Of a DNA stretch of 64,000 nt, positions 10,916 through 25,070 are shown in pieces. Source of the stretch: Mobula hypostoma (lineage: Eukaryota); NCBI RefSeq assembly GCF_963921235.1, contig NC_086118.1:14448001-14512000 (forward strand), in the 5' to 3' direction. Below the pieces are notes generated by a model that worked only from the letters and a program-made list of their open reading frames with translations, did no database searches and had not been told where the DNA came from. How positions within the stretch are numbered: the first letter of the stretch is position 1; every line of letters starts with the position of its first letter. Made by a program: the position numbers and the translations under genes.

Positions 10916-13900
10916 CAGACCAAAAGACATAGGAGCAGAATTAGGCCGTTTGGTCCATTGAGTCTGCTCCACTATTTCATCATGGCTGATCCATTTTTCC
11001 TCTCAGCCCTAAACTTCTGCCTTCTCGCCGTATTCCTTCATGTCCTGACCAATCAAGAATCTATCGACCTCTGCCTAAGGCAACAAATTCCACAGATTCA
11101 CCACTCTCTGGCAAAAGAAATTCCTCCTCATCAACATTCTTAAAGGATGCCCCTCTTTTCTGAGGCTGTGTCCTCTGGTCTAAGACTTTCCCACCATAGG
11201 AAACATACTGTCCACATCCACTCTATCATAGCCTTTCACCATCCAATAGATTTCAGTGAGGTCACCCTTCATTCTAATAAATTCCAGTGAATACAGGCCC
11301 AGAGCCATCAAACATTCTTCATAAGACAAGCCGTTCAAACCTGGAATCATTTTCATGATCCTCCTTTGAACCCTCTCCAGTTTCAGCACATCCCTTCTAA
11401 GATGAGGGGTCCAAAACAGCTCACAATACTCCAAGTGAGGCCCCACCAGTGCTTTATAAAGTCTCAGCATTACATCCTTGTTTTTATACTCTAGTCCTCT
11501 TGAAATAAATGCTAACATCACCTTTCTCCCCACAGACTCAACCTGCAAATTAACCTTTAGGGGATCCTGCACAAAGACTCCCAAGTTCCCCTGCACCTCA
11601 GTTTTTTGTATTTTCTCTCCATTTTTAAAGTAGTCAGTGGTTTCATTTCTTCTAGTAAAATATAAGAGCATACACTTCCCAAAACTGTATTCCATTTGCC
11701 ACTTCTTTGCCCATTCTCCTTATCTGTGTAACTCCTTCTGTAGCCTCTCTACTTCCTCAAAACTACCTGTCCCTCCACTTATCTTTGTAAAATTTGGAAA
11801 CTTGCAGCAAAGTCATCAATGCCATCATCCAAATCATTGATATATAACATAAAAAGAATCCGTTCCAACACAGACCCCTGTGGAACACCACTGGTCAGCG
11901 GCAACCAACCACAAAAGGCTCCCTTTATTCCCACTCTTTGCCTCCTTCCAGTCAGCCACTGCTTTATCCATGCTAGAACCTTTCCTGTAATACCATAGGC
12001 TCGTAGCTTGTTAAGTAGCCTCATGTGTGGCACCTTGTCAAAAGCCTTCTGATAATCCAAATATACATCAACTGATTCTCCTTTGTCTATCCTGTTTATT
12101 ATTTCTTCAAAGAATTCCAACAGATTTGTAAGGCAAGATTTTCCCTTAAGGAAACCATGCTGACCACAGCCTATTTTATCAACTGCCTCCAAGTACACTG
12201 AGACCACATGCTTAACAATTGATTCCAAAATCCTCCCATCACTGAGGTCAGACTAACTGGTCTATAGTTTCCTTTTTTTCTACATCTCTCCCTTCTTGAA
12301 GAGTGATGTTCTCAATTTTCCAATCTTCCGGAACCATTCCAGAATCTGGTGATTCTTGAAAGATTATTGATAATACCTCCACAATGTTTTCAACCACCTC
12401 TTTCAGAACCCTGGGGTACTCAGTCTGGTCCAGACATTTCAGTTTCCCAAGAAACTTTTCCTTAGAAATATAACTTAACACACTTCATGACCCCTGACAC
12501 CTGGAACTTCCAACATTCTGCTCGTGAATTCTGCAGTGAAAACTGATGAAAACAATTTATTCTGTTTGTCCACCATTTCCTTGACCTATGTCACTAACTG
12601 TCCAGCATCATTTTCCAGCGGTCCGATATCCACTCTGAACTCTCTTTTATACTTTAATGTATTTGAAGAAACTTTTGGTATCCTCTTTAATATTACTGGT
12701 TACCTTACTTTCATATTCCATCTTTATACCTTCTTAATGAGTTTTTTGGTTGCCTTCTGTTGGTATTTGAAAGCTTCCCGATCCTCTCACTTCCCTCTAA
12801 TGTCTGTTCTATTATATGCACTCTCTTTGGCTTTTATATTGGCTTTGACTTCTCTAGTTAGCTACGGTTGTGTCATCTTGTCTTTAGAATACTTCTTCCT
12901 CTTTAGGATGTATATATCCTGTGCCTTGTGAAAAGCTTCCAAACATTTCAGCCACTACTGGTCTTCCATCATTCCTGCCAGTGTTCTTTTCCAGTAAATT
13001 CTGGCCAACTCCACTCTCATGGCTCTGTAATTCCCTTTACTCCACTGTAATACAGATACATCTGACTTTATCCTCCCCTTCTCAAATTACAGGGTGAATT
13101 TGATCATATTATGAAAACTTGCCCTTAACAGGTTTTTTACCTTAAGTTCTCTAATCAATTCTGGTTCATCGCACAAAACCCAATCCAGAATAACTGATCT
13201 TTCAGTGAGCTCAACCACGAGCTGCTCTGAAAAGCCATCTCACAGGCATTCTAGAAATTCCCCCTCTTGCATTCCAGCACCAACCTGGTTTTCCCAATCT
13301 ACCTGCATATTGAAATCTCCCATGACTATTTCGGCATCTATTTTCTATCTCCTGATGTAATTTGTAGACCACATTTCTACTACAACTTGGGGATCTGTAT
13401 GCAACTCCCACCAGGGTCTTTTTACCCTCGCAATTCCTTAGCTCTACCCACAATGATTTAACACTTCTGACCATTTTTCACCTCTTTCTGATGATTTATT
13501 TTCATTTTTTACCAGCAAAGCAACACCATGATCCAATGATGCCTACAACATCATACATAACAATCTGTAACTGTGCTACAAGATCATATACCCCACGCAT
13601 TCAAATATAACACCTTCAGTCCTGTATACACCCTTTTCAATTTTGTCTTCCTTTTACACTGGAACTCATTCTGTTGACTGCAGTTTTGCTGTATTATCAG
13701 CCTCACCTTGCTTGGAATCTCACTGCGCATTTTCTCTGTTTGTAAACCAATTACCTCATCATCAGCATTATTACCCTGATTTCCATCACCCTGCCAAATT
13801 AGTTTAAACTCAGCCAAACAACTCTATCCAACCTGCCCACAAGGATATTGGACCCCCTCAGGTTCATGTGTAGCCTGTCTTTTTTGTACAGGTCATATCT

Positions 13901-14800
13901 TCTCCAGAAAAGATCCCAATGATCCATAAATCTGAGTACCAGTTCCTCATCCACACATTCACCTGCCAAATAATCCTGTTCTTATCCTCACTGGTATGTG
14001 GCAAAGGCAGCAATCCAAAGATTACTACCCTGGAGGTCCCGTTTCTCAGCCTTCTACCTAGCTCCCCAAAATCTCTCTTCAAGGCCTCCTTGCCTTGTCT
14101 ACCTATGACATTGGTGCCAATATGTACCAAGGCTTCTGGCTGCTCACCCTCACCCTCGAGAATGCCATGGACCCGACCTGAGACATCCCTGATCCTGGCA
14201 GCAGGGAGGCAACATACCATCTGGATGTCTCATATTGCGTCCGCAGAACCTCGTCCCTGTTCCTCTGACTAAGGAATATCCTATCAACACTACAGTCATC
14301 GTCACCTCTCTGCACTTCTGAGCTACAGGATCTGACTCAACCCAGAGACCTGATCACTGTGGCTCCCCACAGTAGGTTGTCCCCCTCAATCATATCTGAA
14401 GTTGTATACTTATTATTGAAGGCAACAGTCACTAGTATACTCTGCACAGGTTGGCCATTTTCTCTCCTTCTGCTGATAGTCACCCAGTTCCCTGTCTCCT
14501 GCAATCTGGGGGTGACTACCTCTCTGTAGCTCCTGTCTATCACTTCCTCATTCTCCTGTTTGAGTCAAAGGTCATTTCCTTAATACATTCTCTCTGGAGC
14601 TGCAACTCAGTGCACCTGGTGCGGGTGTGTTTATCTGAGAGACTGGAGGTCTCCCAGACTTCCCATATTCCACAGAGAGAGCAAAACACTGCCACTGGAA
14701 CCATTCTCACTAAATGACTGTGCCCAAACAGGTGAAGAATGAGCAAGTGACAGAGAGAGAGTAACTTGCAGGACAATTTACCTCACCCAGTGCACCGGAA
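10916..14800 (-). mobile_element. Near full-length decayed CR1 LINE (zinc-finger/SGNH ORF1 plus ORF2)
   Basis: ORF1: CSLCGIWEV...TRCTELQ (14540-14776) and VCCLPAARIRDV..VHIGTNVIG (13864-14220). ORF2: LYLNAWGI, DYQKAFDKVPH, GVPQGSVL and LYINDLD. 3' tail at 10916. Confidence 0.9.
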
Positions 14801-15564
14801 CCAGTCCAGAATCCATTGATTCTTAGTAGTACCTCACAGCTTCAGCTACCTCGTACAGAACCCTGGGTTGTCAACCATCTGGGCCACATAGCCCCTTGAG
14901 CCTGCTCCGCCTTTCAGAAAGAATCCAGACAATACATTTATCAGTCAAATACGCTATAGCAAGTAATCCCTCTTGTTGGATAGAAATATCTGTGAAATCT
15001 GTTTGTACAGCAAAAAATAAAAAACTAGCATACACCATATGTCTTCAATAAAATAATTCTAAAGCAACTTGGAGCAGCAGCCACATCGAATCTCATTTGA
15101 GGCATTGATGTGATGCAGAACTGTTCCCGTTATAATGAAGGCTATATTCAATGAACAGGCCATCCTGGCACATTCTTGGTTGTAAATTCTGTTTGGAAGC
15201 ACTTAACTTGAAATTACAGTTTGAGAGTGCTTTTATTCTATACTTGAAATGATTTACTAGCGAGACCGCACTGAGCTCTCCCCTTGATCCGGAACCTCTC
15301 AAGATAAATGGGTTGTGGATAAGTTTGTCTCTCTGGCAAAAGCTCAGGATCTACTGCTGCAGAAGGCAAGCTGGCAGACAGGGCCAGGTACCAGATCTTC
15401 ACAAAGGTCGCTTTGTTCTGGTTGGTTCCGTTCCTCTCAGGGGGCTGAATTAGGGTCAAGTACGAATGGATTTCATGCCAGCACCAGGTTTATTACTCAT
15501 TACTACTAAGTACTGGAACACGGGGCAGGGCAGTACAGGGTGAGCAGATGCTCTGTAGCAGCTC

Positions 15565-15945
15565 AAGAATCAGGTTTAATATCACCGCCATATGTTGTGA
15601 GATATGTTAACTTTGCAGCATCAATACAATGCAGTACATGATCATCGAAAATGAAAACTGAATTACAGTAGGTATATCTATAACATATATATGTGTGTAT
15701 ACAATAGTTAAATTAAATAAATAGTGCAAACTAATCGGAATTTTTTTCAGAAATCCATTTAAGAATCAGATGGCAGAGGGGAAGAAGCTGTTCCTGAATC
15801 ATTGAGTGTGTGCCTTCAGGCTTCTGTACTTCCTCCCCGATGGCAGTAATGATAAGAAGGCATGTACTGGGTAGTGGAGGTCCTTAATGATGAGCCCACC
15901 TTCCTGTGGCACCGCTCCATGAAGATGTCCTGGATGATCTACAAG
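15565..15945 (-). mobile_element. Rex1-like LINE 3' fragment
   Basis: IIKDLHYPVHAFLSLLPSGRKYRSLKAHT. The end motif agaatcaggtttaatatcacc also occurs at ~8137 and ~22220. Confidence 0.7.
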
Positions 15946-16312
15946 AAGAAGACTCACAATCACCATCTCAACCAGTAGCCTGGTCGCTGTCAAGCTGAGA
16001 ACTGTATTGCCATTGGTTGCAACAGCATCTCTTTCTTGGATAGTGATGCTTGACTTTATCATTTAACTACAAATTGTTCATCTTAAGGAATTCAACAAAC
16101 ATGTCACATACACACTGCATTGGCTAAAGGTTCAATATTCTTTGGCCCATTTGGGTGGTGACTCAAAACTGTGGAATAAAATTGTTTATTCCACCAGACC
16201 AGTGGAGGGAGACAATGATCAGAGGGATGCGCTTCTAATGCCTGGAATGAACGAATATGGGATTAAATAGGTTATTTGTGCAGAGTAGGCAGCCAAGACG
16301 GAACCGCAAGAG

Positions 16313-18352
16313 ATAAGACCATAAGACCATAAGACAAAGGAGCAGAAGTAGGCCATTCGGCCCATCGAGTCTGCTCTGCCATTTTATCATGAGCTGATCC
16401 ATTTTATCCTATTTAGTCCCACTGCCCCGCCTTCTCACCATAACCTTTGATGCCCTGGCTACTCAGATACCTATCAATCTCTGCCTTAAATACACCCAAT
16501 GACTTGGCCTCCACTGCTGCCTGTGGCAACAAATTCCATAGATTCACCACCCTCTGACTAAAAAAATTTTTTTCCATTTCTGTTCTGAAAGGGCGCCCTT
16601 CAATCCTGAAGTCATGCCCTCTCGTACTAGACTCCCCCATCATGGGAAACAACTTTGCCACATCCACTCTGTCCATGCCTTTTAACATTCAAAATGTTTC
16701 TATGAGGTCTCCCCTCATTCTTCTAAACTCCAAGGAATACAGTCCAAGAGCGGACAAACGTTCCTCATATGTTAACCCTCTCATTCCCGGATTCATTCTA
16801 GTGAATCTTCTCTGTAGCCTCTCCAACATCAGCACATCCTTTCTTAAATAAGGAGACCAAAACTGCCCACAGTACTCCAAGTAAGGTCTCACCAGCGCCT
16901 TATAGAGCCTCAACATCACATCCCTGCTCCTATACTCTAGAAATGAATGCCAACATTGCATTCGTCTTCTTCGCTACCGACTCAACCTGGAGGTTAACTT
17001 TAAGGGAATCCTGTAGGAGGACTCCCAAGTCCCGTTGCATCTCAGAACTTTGAATTCTTTCCCCATTTAAATAATAATCTGCCCGTTTATTTTTTCTGCC
17101 AAAGTGCATAACCATACACTTTCCAACATTGTATTTCATTTGCCACTTCTCTGCCCATTCTTCCAATCTATCCAAGTCTCTCTGCAGACTCTCCGTTTCC
17201 TCAGTACTACCGGCCCCTCCACCTATCTTCGTATCGTCAGCAAACTTAGCCACAAAGCCATCTATTCCATAATCCAAATCGTTGATGTACAATGTAAAAA
17301 GAAGCGGCCCCAACACTGATCCCTGTGGAACACCACTGGTAACTGGCAGCCAACCAGAATAGGATCCCTTTATTCCCACTCTCTGTTTCCTGCCAATCAG
17401 CCAATACTCTATTCACGTATGTAACTTTCCTGTAATTCCATGGGCTCTTATCTTGTTAAGCAGCCTCATGTGTGGCACCTTGTCAAAGGCCTTCTGAAAA
17501 TCCAAATACACAGCATCCACTGCATCTCCTTTGTCTAGCCTACTGGTAATTTCCTCAAAAAATTGTAATAGGTTTGTCAGGCAGGATTTTCCTTTAAGGA
17601 ATTCATGCTGAGTTCTGCCTATCTTGTCATATGCCTCCAGGTACTCTGTAACCTCATCCTTGACAATTGATTCCAGCAACTTCCCAACCACCGACCTCAA
17701 GCTAACAGGTCTATAATTTCCTTTTTGCTTCCTTGCCCCCTTCTTAAATAGCGGAGTGACATTTGCAATCTTCCAGTCTTCCAGAACCATGCCAGAATGT
17801 ATCAACTTTTGAAAGATCATCGCTAATGCCTCCGCAATCTCCACAGCTACTTCCTTCAGAACACGAGGGTGCATTCCATCTGGTCCAGGAGATTTATCGA
17901 CCTTTAGCCTATTCAGCTTCCTGAGTACTTTCTCTGTCGTAATTGTGACTGCGCACACTTCTCTTCCCTGCCACCCTTGAGTGTCCGGTATCCTGCTGTC
18001 TTCCTCAGTGAAGACTGATGCAAAATACTTGTTCAGTTCCTCTGCCATCTCCTCATCTCCCATTACAATTTCTCCAGTATCATTTTCTATCGGTCCTATA
18101 TCTATTCTCACCTGTCTTTTACTCTTTATATACTTGAAAAAGCTTTTAGTATCCTCTTTGATATTATTTGCTAGTTTCCTTTCATAGTTAATCTTTTCTC
18201 TCTTAATGACTTTCTTGGTTTCCTTTTGTAAGGTTTTAAAGACTTCCCAATCCTCTGTCTTCCCACTAATTTTTCCTTCCTTGTATGCCCTCTCCTTAGC
18301 TTTAACTTTGGCCTTGACTTCTCTTGTCAACCACGGTTGCATCCTTTTTCCA
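16313..18352 (-). mobile_element. Relatively young 5'-truncated CR1 LINE (ORF2 RT)
   Basis: 319-aa ORF 17413-18372 with KSPGPDGMHPRVLKE, NYRPVSL and DFQKAFDKVPH. Further frames give GVPQGSVLGPLLF and KFADDTK. Tandem ataagacc tail at 16313-16335. Only a few frameshifts. Confidence 0.93.
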
Positions 18353-18540
18353 CCCGAAAGTAAGATGCTCAAGTATTTTGATTATTATACTTCACACCAA
18401 AGAATGCTTATGAAGAGCACACTTCCAGATTGTTAAGTGGGTAAGGTGGAGCCTATGGGCATGTGAAAACTGTGAAAACAGCAATAATGAGAAAATAAAG
18501 GTTTAATTTATCCTTTCCTAAGAAGAGGTCAAGAGGCTTA

Positions 18541-19378
18541 CAGTGGCATGCGAAAATATGGGCACCACTGGTCAAAATTTCTGTTACTGTGAATAGCTAA
18601 GCAAGTAAAAGATGAACTGATTTCCAAAAGGCATAAGTTAAAGATGACACATTTCTTTAATATTTTAAGCAAGAAAACTTCTTTATTTCCATCTTTTACA
18701 GTTTCAAAATAACAAAAAAGGAAAAGGGCCCAAAGCAAAAGTTTGGGCACCCTGCATGGCAGTACTTAGTAACACCCCCTTTGGCAAGTATCACAGCTTG
18801 TAAACGCGTTTTGTAGCCAGCTAAGAGTCTTTCAATTCTTGTTTGGGGGATTTTTGCCCATTTTTCCTTGCAAAAGGCTTCTAATTCTGTGAGATTCTTG
18901 GGCTGTCTTGCATGCACTGCTCTTTTGAGGTCTATCGACAGATTCTCCATGATGCTTAGGTCAGGGGATCGTGAGGGCCACGGCAAAACCTTCAGCTTGC
19001 GCTTCTTGAGGTGGTCCATTGTGGATTTTGAGGTGTGTTTAGGTTCATTATCCTGTTGTAGAAGCCATCCTCTTTTCATTTTCAGCTTTTTTACAGACTG
19101 TGTGATGTTTGCTTCCAGAATTTGCTGGTATTTAATTGAGTTCATTTTTCCCTCTGCCAGTAAATTTTCCCCGTGCCACTGGGTGCAACACAAGCCCAAA
19201 GCATAATTGATCCACCCCCGTGCTTAACAGTTAGGAAGGGGTTCTTTTCATGAAATTCTGCACCCTTTTGTCTCCAAGCATACCTTTGCTCATTGTGGCC
19301 AAAAAGTTCTATTTTAGCTTCATCAGTCCACAGGACTTGTTTCCAAAATGCATCAGACTTGTTTAGATGTTCTTTTGA
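18541..19378 (-). mobile_element. Tc1-like DNA transposon, right end plus C-terminal DDE transposase (truncated, frameshifted)
   Basis: TA followed by cagtggcatgc...gggcacc at 18541, with an inner repeat aaaagtttgggcaccc at ~18737 (IR/DR type). Motifs VLWTDEAKIELF, TVKHGGGSIMLWAC, LQQDNEPKH and WPSRSPDLSIMEN. Confidence 0.9.
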
Positions 19379-20644
19379 ACCAGTTGAATAGAACTTTTTG
19401 GCTAGACTAAATTGGGAGCAACACTGGGGTGTTTGTGGAATCAGGAAAGACATAACATAGACAGCAGGTCCATTATCAGGGTTCTGGGGCCACCTTCAGC
19501 TTTATGTCTGTTGTTATTACCACACCATGGGAGCACAGAGCTGTGGTGAAATGGAAGCCTTTTGCAGCAATTCTAAACCTGGACAGAAGTCCATTGTGGA
19601 GGTTCAGACTGGCCCATGTGTAAAATCTCCCCGGAGATTCTTTCATCACTTTGTTCTGGTGGTGCTTCATATTGTTTCAGGCTGACTTTTATGTGATATC
19701 TGTGAATCCACTTTGAATTTACCTGCAGCTCTGGTTCAAGTGCACCCTCGGCGCTTAATTTGGCCTTCTGTTGATACAAAGAAGTAAACAGACCTCAAAT
19801 ACTGGAAAATTGAAATAAGAGTATGGTGAAACTCCATTACTCTGACACATTTGGGACTTTGATGAGCAGATCTTCCGAAGTATCAGATGGTGCTCTACTA
19901 TTCTCCAACACATTTTACAATTTTAAAGGTTACATTGCAGAATAATACATTTTCCAATGAGACCAATAAGTTTCAAGAGAGTATGGGAAATCAGAGCAGA
20001 TATATTTCAGGGGAACTTGAAAATTATAATCAGGTGAATTTAAAGGAAGCACTGGGACAGGGGCCCCAGTAGATGAAAGGGGGCACCAAAACTAGGGCTC
20101 TGGTGAGTGGAAGGCAGTGAGTGAATCAGTACCCAGTGAGACAGATGCTGGATATCCAAATGGTCATATAATGGTTTTACTGTAGGCAGGAAATCCATTG
20201 CCCCTCTGACAGCAAAAGTTAGTGTTGGATGGAAACCCATCACTTGGTGTCCAAAGCCTTCAGGAAGAGCTGGCAATTCTGGCCAAAGACACTAAGTGAA
20301 CACGAATGTACAATTATTTTTTCACATAGGACATCCTATACAGTAATAATATCTCCATCTTGCAAATTTCCAAAATATAGTTTGATTTACGTCGAGCTGA
20401 ATATAATGGCCTTGTTATGATCTGCAGATGTGCCTTATTAACTTACAAAATGCAAAGCATATTTGCAGATTATAACACCTCATTCTTGTTTTGGATTAAT
20501 AATTGAAAACCAACTCTTAAAATGTGAGTTCATGCTTTTGAGCTTTAGATTTCTGCAAGAAGCAACAGGAGGACAACTGGTACTGTAACCCTAGTTTTAT
20601 TGTCCAGCCAGCTTGGTCATAATGAGCATGCAAACAAACGTGTG

Positions 20645-21035
20645 AATAGATACATGTGAATTAGCAGCAAGGGTTTGCCACTCGGTCACTCAAGTGTGCT
20701 CTGCCAATAAGATTACAGTTGATCTTGCTGCATTCCCATCTGCCCACTGTAACTAACCTTGTAACTGTTACCAGCAACATATTAATCTCTCTCTTAAAAA
20801 TATTAAAGACTTCAAAAGGAGTTCCAAAGGTACATAAATTTATGAGACAGAAAAATTTTGCCTTCCTCTTGTCTTAAATAGAGGAGCTCTTATTTTTAAA
20901 CAATGATCTCTCGTTCTAGATTCTCCAACAGGAAGAAACATCTCTAAGCATCCACTCTGTCAAACCCCACTAGGGTCTTATAAGTTTTAATTAGGTAGAC
21001 TCACCCTCTTTAAACTCCAGCTGATACAAACCCAT
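20645..21035 (-). mobile_element. Old CR1 3' fragment
   Basis: Degenerate similarity to the 3' end of the CR1 at 16313-16750 (gttctagattctccaacaggaagaaac, catccactctgtc). Confidence 0.6.
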
Positions 21036-21677
21036 AGATATAGCCAACAAAATCCAAGGTCTGGATTTTCTAGGTTCCCGCCTATTTTGCTGCCAAGTTG
21101 AGAGGCTGCACACTAGATGGACAATGGATTTTGCTTCCTTGTGAATTTATCCCAAATTTCTTCCATTCAGTCCTTTGGCATTTCAGGAAGTCCAAAACTT
21201 CCTTTGCTTGAGTTAGTAACATAGAGAAGACTTCTGAACAAATCGTAGTTGACTAATTGAAGATGTATTTGTTCATCAGCAAGAGAGAAGTGTCTCTTAT
21301 TCCCACTGTGTGGAGCTACAACATGAAACGTGAATAAATTCAGCTTTTGTCATGGTAGTTGAATTCCCTGTCAAATATTTATGAATTTGAATTGGAAAGC
21401 AGCATTTTTCCTGTCCATATTACAGCTCTCTGTGAAATTACAGCTCATGATGATATAACAAAAATCAAAGCTTTTTAATTCTCTTCCTTTTCCATTGTTT
21501 TACCTGTCAACCACAAAATGCTGTGGAGTTGCTGAATTTATTGAAGGATTTCGATGGAATTTTATGCATAAAGGACATCAAGAGAGAGAGTTAAACATAT
21601 TAGTGACAAAGTTTATGTAGCAATGATCATATTAAATAGTAGAGCAAGTTTGAAGAACCAACTGAACAACTCGAGCT

Positions 21678-21907
21678 ACACACACACAATGCTGGAGAAA
21701 TTTATAGGTCAGGTAGCACCTATGGAAAAGAGTAAACAGTCAACGTTTCGGGCTGAGACCCTTCACAAGCACTGATGAAGGGTCCCGACCTGAGAAGTCA
21801 ACTGTTTACACTTTTCTGTAGATGCTGCCTGGCCTGCTGAGTTCCCCCAGCATTTTGTGTGTGTTGCTTGGATTTCCAGCATCTGCAGATTTTCTCTCAT
21901 TTGTGAC
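21678..21907. mobile_element. Miniature inverted Penelope-end pair (non-coding, ~230 bp)
   Basis: Two inverted Penelope 3' termini meeting at degenerate hammerhead motifs (~21739-21805). Exact direct repeat caactcgagct at 21667-21677 and 21908-21918. Confidence 0.8.
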
Positions 21908-22413
21908 CAACTCGAGCTCATACTTTTCTATCTTTCTCTCATTGTATGTTTTCTTAAACCTGATTATGTAACAAGATCAGCTATTCCATTTCCTATGGTT
22001 CATACCACACATTATATTCAGCTTGTACCCTTCTAACCTACAGAGCAAGTGTTTTTGTATTAGACAGTTTCTCTTTGGTGGGTTCTGGTGGGTTGAGAAG
22101 GGTCGAGGTGGCTTGGGAATGTTACTTCATTCTGTAGTGATAAAAACAAGAATAAATGCATGGTAATTGCGTGAGTGATGATGCATTGTTAATATGAGTT
22201 CTCATATAGATAGACCATTCAGAACCAGAATTAGGTTTATTATCACCGGCATGTGCCGTGCAATGTTTTGTAATGGAAGAGGGTAGTGGTATATGAGGTC
22301 ACCCTTGAGGGGTAATACACTGAATTCTCCACATGATCACATGCTCCTTCAACCTTCCCAGACATTTTGATTGGTCTTATCTACCATATGAACCTTTAGT
22401 TTCTTATAACATT

Positions 22414-23402
22414 TGTCACGTACCCCATGACGGGTTAAAGAACTAGCAGAAATGGAAAACGCTTTGGAGTCCAATATTAACTAATATTATTTATTAGTAA
22501 TAACACAATACAGTAATATAAATGTTGATAAATCAAACAGGTTAGCAATGATTATATATAAGTAAGTGTGGAATATATATAAAAACCAAGCTTCTTCAAG
22601 TCTAGGGATAAATAGATACAATCTTACGATGATGAGTAAAGTTCAGTTCAGTTCGTGGTATTGAGTTGGGTAGTGATGGAGAGAGAGAGGTCTGAGTCTT
22701 CAGGTGAGCTGATGCCATCGATCTACCAGTTGTCCTCCAAAATCCTTTAAAAGCCACCGACTGTGACCACAACAAAGGGGACCATTCTTCTGTTGTGGAG
22801 CTATCAACCCAGGCAAAGGTTGGACACATGGACGACTCCCCATCGGTCACTCCCTTTTCTCACTACAAGAGCCACTGGTCGATCCGCCTGATCAATCCTC
22901 CAAAAAAAACACTTTTTCTGTGGGCACAACAAAGCTCATTCAGTGTCCAAAAACATGTGTTGCAGGTCTATCATCTGACCTCCTACTTATCTCACCGTAC
23001 TGAGTACCAACTGTCTCTCAAATAACTCCTCCTTTCTTTGTCTGTGTAAGAATGCACTAGCAGGCCATGTCCTTGGGAAGTATAAACACGCTCCAGAGAA
23101 ACCATAACATCGATTGTCCATCAAATAACGCTGCCCTCGGTCACCATAGCGACTTCTGAGCTGCTTGGTACCCTCTCTCTCCGAATTCAGCAGAAATCCA
23201 AAAGTTAGTCTCAGTTCCTCCTCGTGCCTTAAAGAGACGGTCTACAGGAAATATGAACCTTAGGGGTTCATAACACCATCTCAAAGCAGTCTTCGTCTCT
23301 CTCTCTCTTTCTTTCTCACTCTCCTAAAAACAACATTGGGGTTAAATATCTCTCTCTTTTTAAAAGCACAGTTCATAGGGGTAATTCAGGAACCTTGTCA
23401 CA
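22414..23402. mobile_element. Solo LTR-like element
   Basis: Begins TGTCACGTACCCC and ends TGTCACA, with flanks catt/catc. Collinear similarity with 43896-46064 (agcagaaatgga; gttcagttcag; gactgtgacc...accattcttctg...acccaggcaa). The right boundary could alternatively be ~23275. Confidence 0.6.
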
Positions 23403-23807
23403 CATCCTGAAAGGCTATGGAAAAATAGACTACCAACATGTTCTCAAAATGTTGCTCCCATATTCAAGTCAGTTTGTGAGTGTATGTGTGTGTGTATAAA
23501 GAAGAGTGAGAGAGAAAATTCTGGGAAATGTGGGTATGTTGCAGTGGTGATCAGGGTGAGATGTAAAAGAACTGAATTTGTTCTCCTAGATTCAGCTGGG
23601 AAGGGAAAAGTACCCTATTATGGTTTGTAGCTACAGAAGGTAATTGAAGAAAGACGACAGGAGTCGGGATATTTGTCTACTTAGTTTTTTCTCTCCCTTT
23701 TTTTGTGAGATGTGTTGGCGTCATGACTTATGCCATTCACATACTTCTTACATATGAATTAAGTAAACAAAGAGTGTTTAATCAAAATATTTTAAATATT
23801 ACTCAAA

Positions 23808-24399
23808 TGTAGCCCTCAGGTTCGGCCAGCATGCATTCGTCTAAGGGAAGACAGCCTCTGGCCCAGCCAAACTGAGAAATCTCGCTTGTGTGGCTGCTGC
23901 ATGATGTGTTGCCCGGTTACAATTCTGAACCGCAAAATATCAGACAGTACACCATATGCAATTAAACCACTGAACTTCATAAATCTTAATCTGACTATAG
24001 GGTTAGTAAAGAAAATAAAAAGAAAAAGGGCCCATTTTAATGAAACAGTCTAATATGCATGTTGGGGCTCACGGATTCGTCCATTCATTCCCCATCAACC
24101 TCCTCCGAGTGTCGCTGACCCTCGGACCCTCGCTCCAAGTCCACTCCATCCGCCGGTCTACCAATTCTCTTCATTCACATCTTCTCTCTTCATCCCTCGC
24201 CGACAAAATACGGCGAAATCCCTGCTCCCAGACCTACAAGAAAGAACAACATGCCCCTCATTGGATAGCACACATTCCAAAGTCCCTGTTATCTCTCATC
24301 ATAATCCAAACATTGCTGCTACAGAGAAACCATTACCTTAGTAGTGAAACATTATGGAGAGGCCATTACATTAGCAGTCAAACTTCACAGCGCATTACA
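23808..24399. mobile_element. Solo LTR-like insert inside the Gypsy 3' LTR
   Basis: TGTA...TACA termini with flanks caaa/aaaa. The AT-rich host sequence (tattactcaaa|aaatattattgaaat) joins across it. Confidence 0.5.
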
Positions 24400-24549
24400 A
24401 AAATATTATTGAAATAGTAAATATACTCACTCCTGCCTGCTTAGCTATAAACCAACTCAATATAGAATGCATCTCAACCCAAATGTGTAAAGTATTGCTC
24501 TTTAGTAATCTTGTATAAATTTATATGTGTGTATGTATATATATAGTAG

Positions 24550-25013
24550 ATATTAGTAGAGCTACTAGGACTTGATGTTTCAATCCCTATGGTAAGTTGG
24601 CACTCTCGATGTTTGGAGTGGTGACAAGGAAGGTAGGTACGTCATCGGCGTCATCAGGTGGGCACCCTCCTTCTTTGATGTTTTGTTGATAAGCCCACAA
24701 CGTCTCCAGAGGGCTCAATGGTGCTACCTGGCATCCCAGATACACCCCCCTCAGTTCCAAACCCTCCAGTCTTCATCTTGCAGCCCAGTTGTTGTTTTTC
24801 CTTTTAATCCAAATCCAATTGCTGCTTTCTTCTGCTGCATTTGACAAGGACTTGATTGCTTGTTGGAGCGAGTGACCCTTCACCCCCATCTTCTTCAATA
24901 CCCTGGTCCTAGATGTAGCAATGAATCCCCTGCATCCCACTTCTACAGGGAAAATCTTGGTCTTCCAGCCATTCTGGGCAGCTTCAGAGTACTGGGTCCT
25001 TTTCCTCTCATAA
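24550..25013 (-). mobile_element. 3' fragment of a restriction-like-endonuclease non-LTR retrotransposon (HERO-like)
   Basis: YERKRTQYSE..GWKTKIFPVEVGCRGFIATS...AAEESSNWIWIKRK* resembles the C-terminus of HERO-clade ORFs. Flanked by TA/CA microsatellite. Confidence 0.7.
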
Positions 25014-25014
25014 G

Positions 25015-25047
<33 letters not shown>

Positions 25048-25070
25048 TATACATACACATACATACATAG
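25015..25070. repeat. (TA)n(CA)n/TACA compound microsatellite
   Basis: Direct reading of the sequence. Confidence 0.9.

Noticed and set aside
15315..15460. RYQIFTKV, resembling a myosin converter or neck motif
   Set aside because: The flanking residues do not match myosin and no clear exon boundaries are present.
16300..18365. Target-site duplication for the young CR1
   Set aside because: The flanks (ccgcaag / ccgaaag) are too short and imperfect to call.
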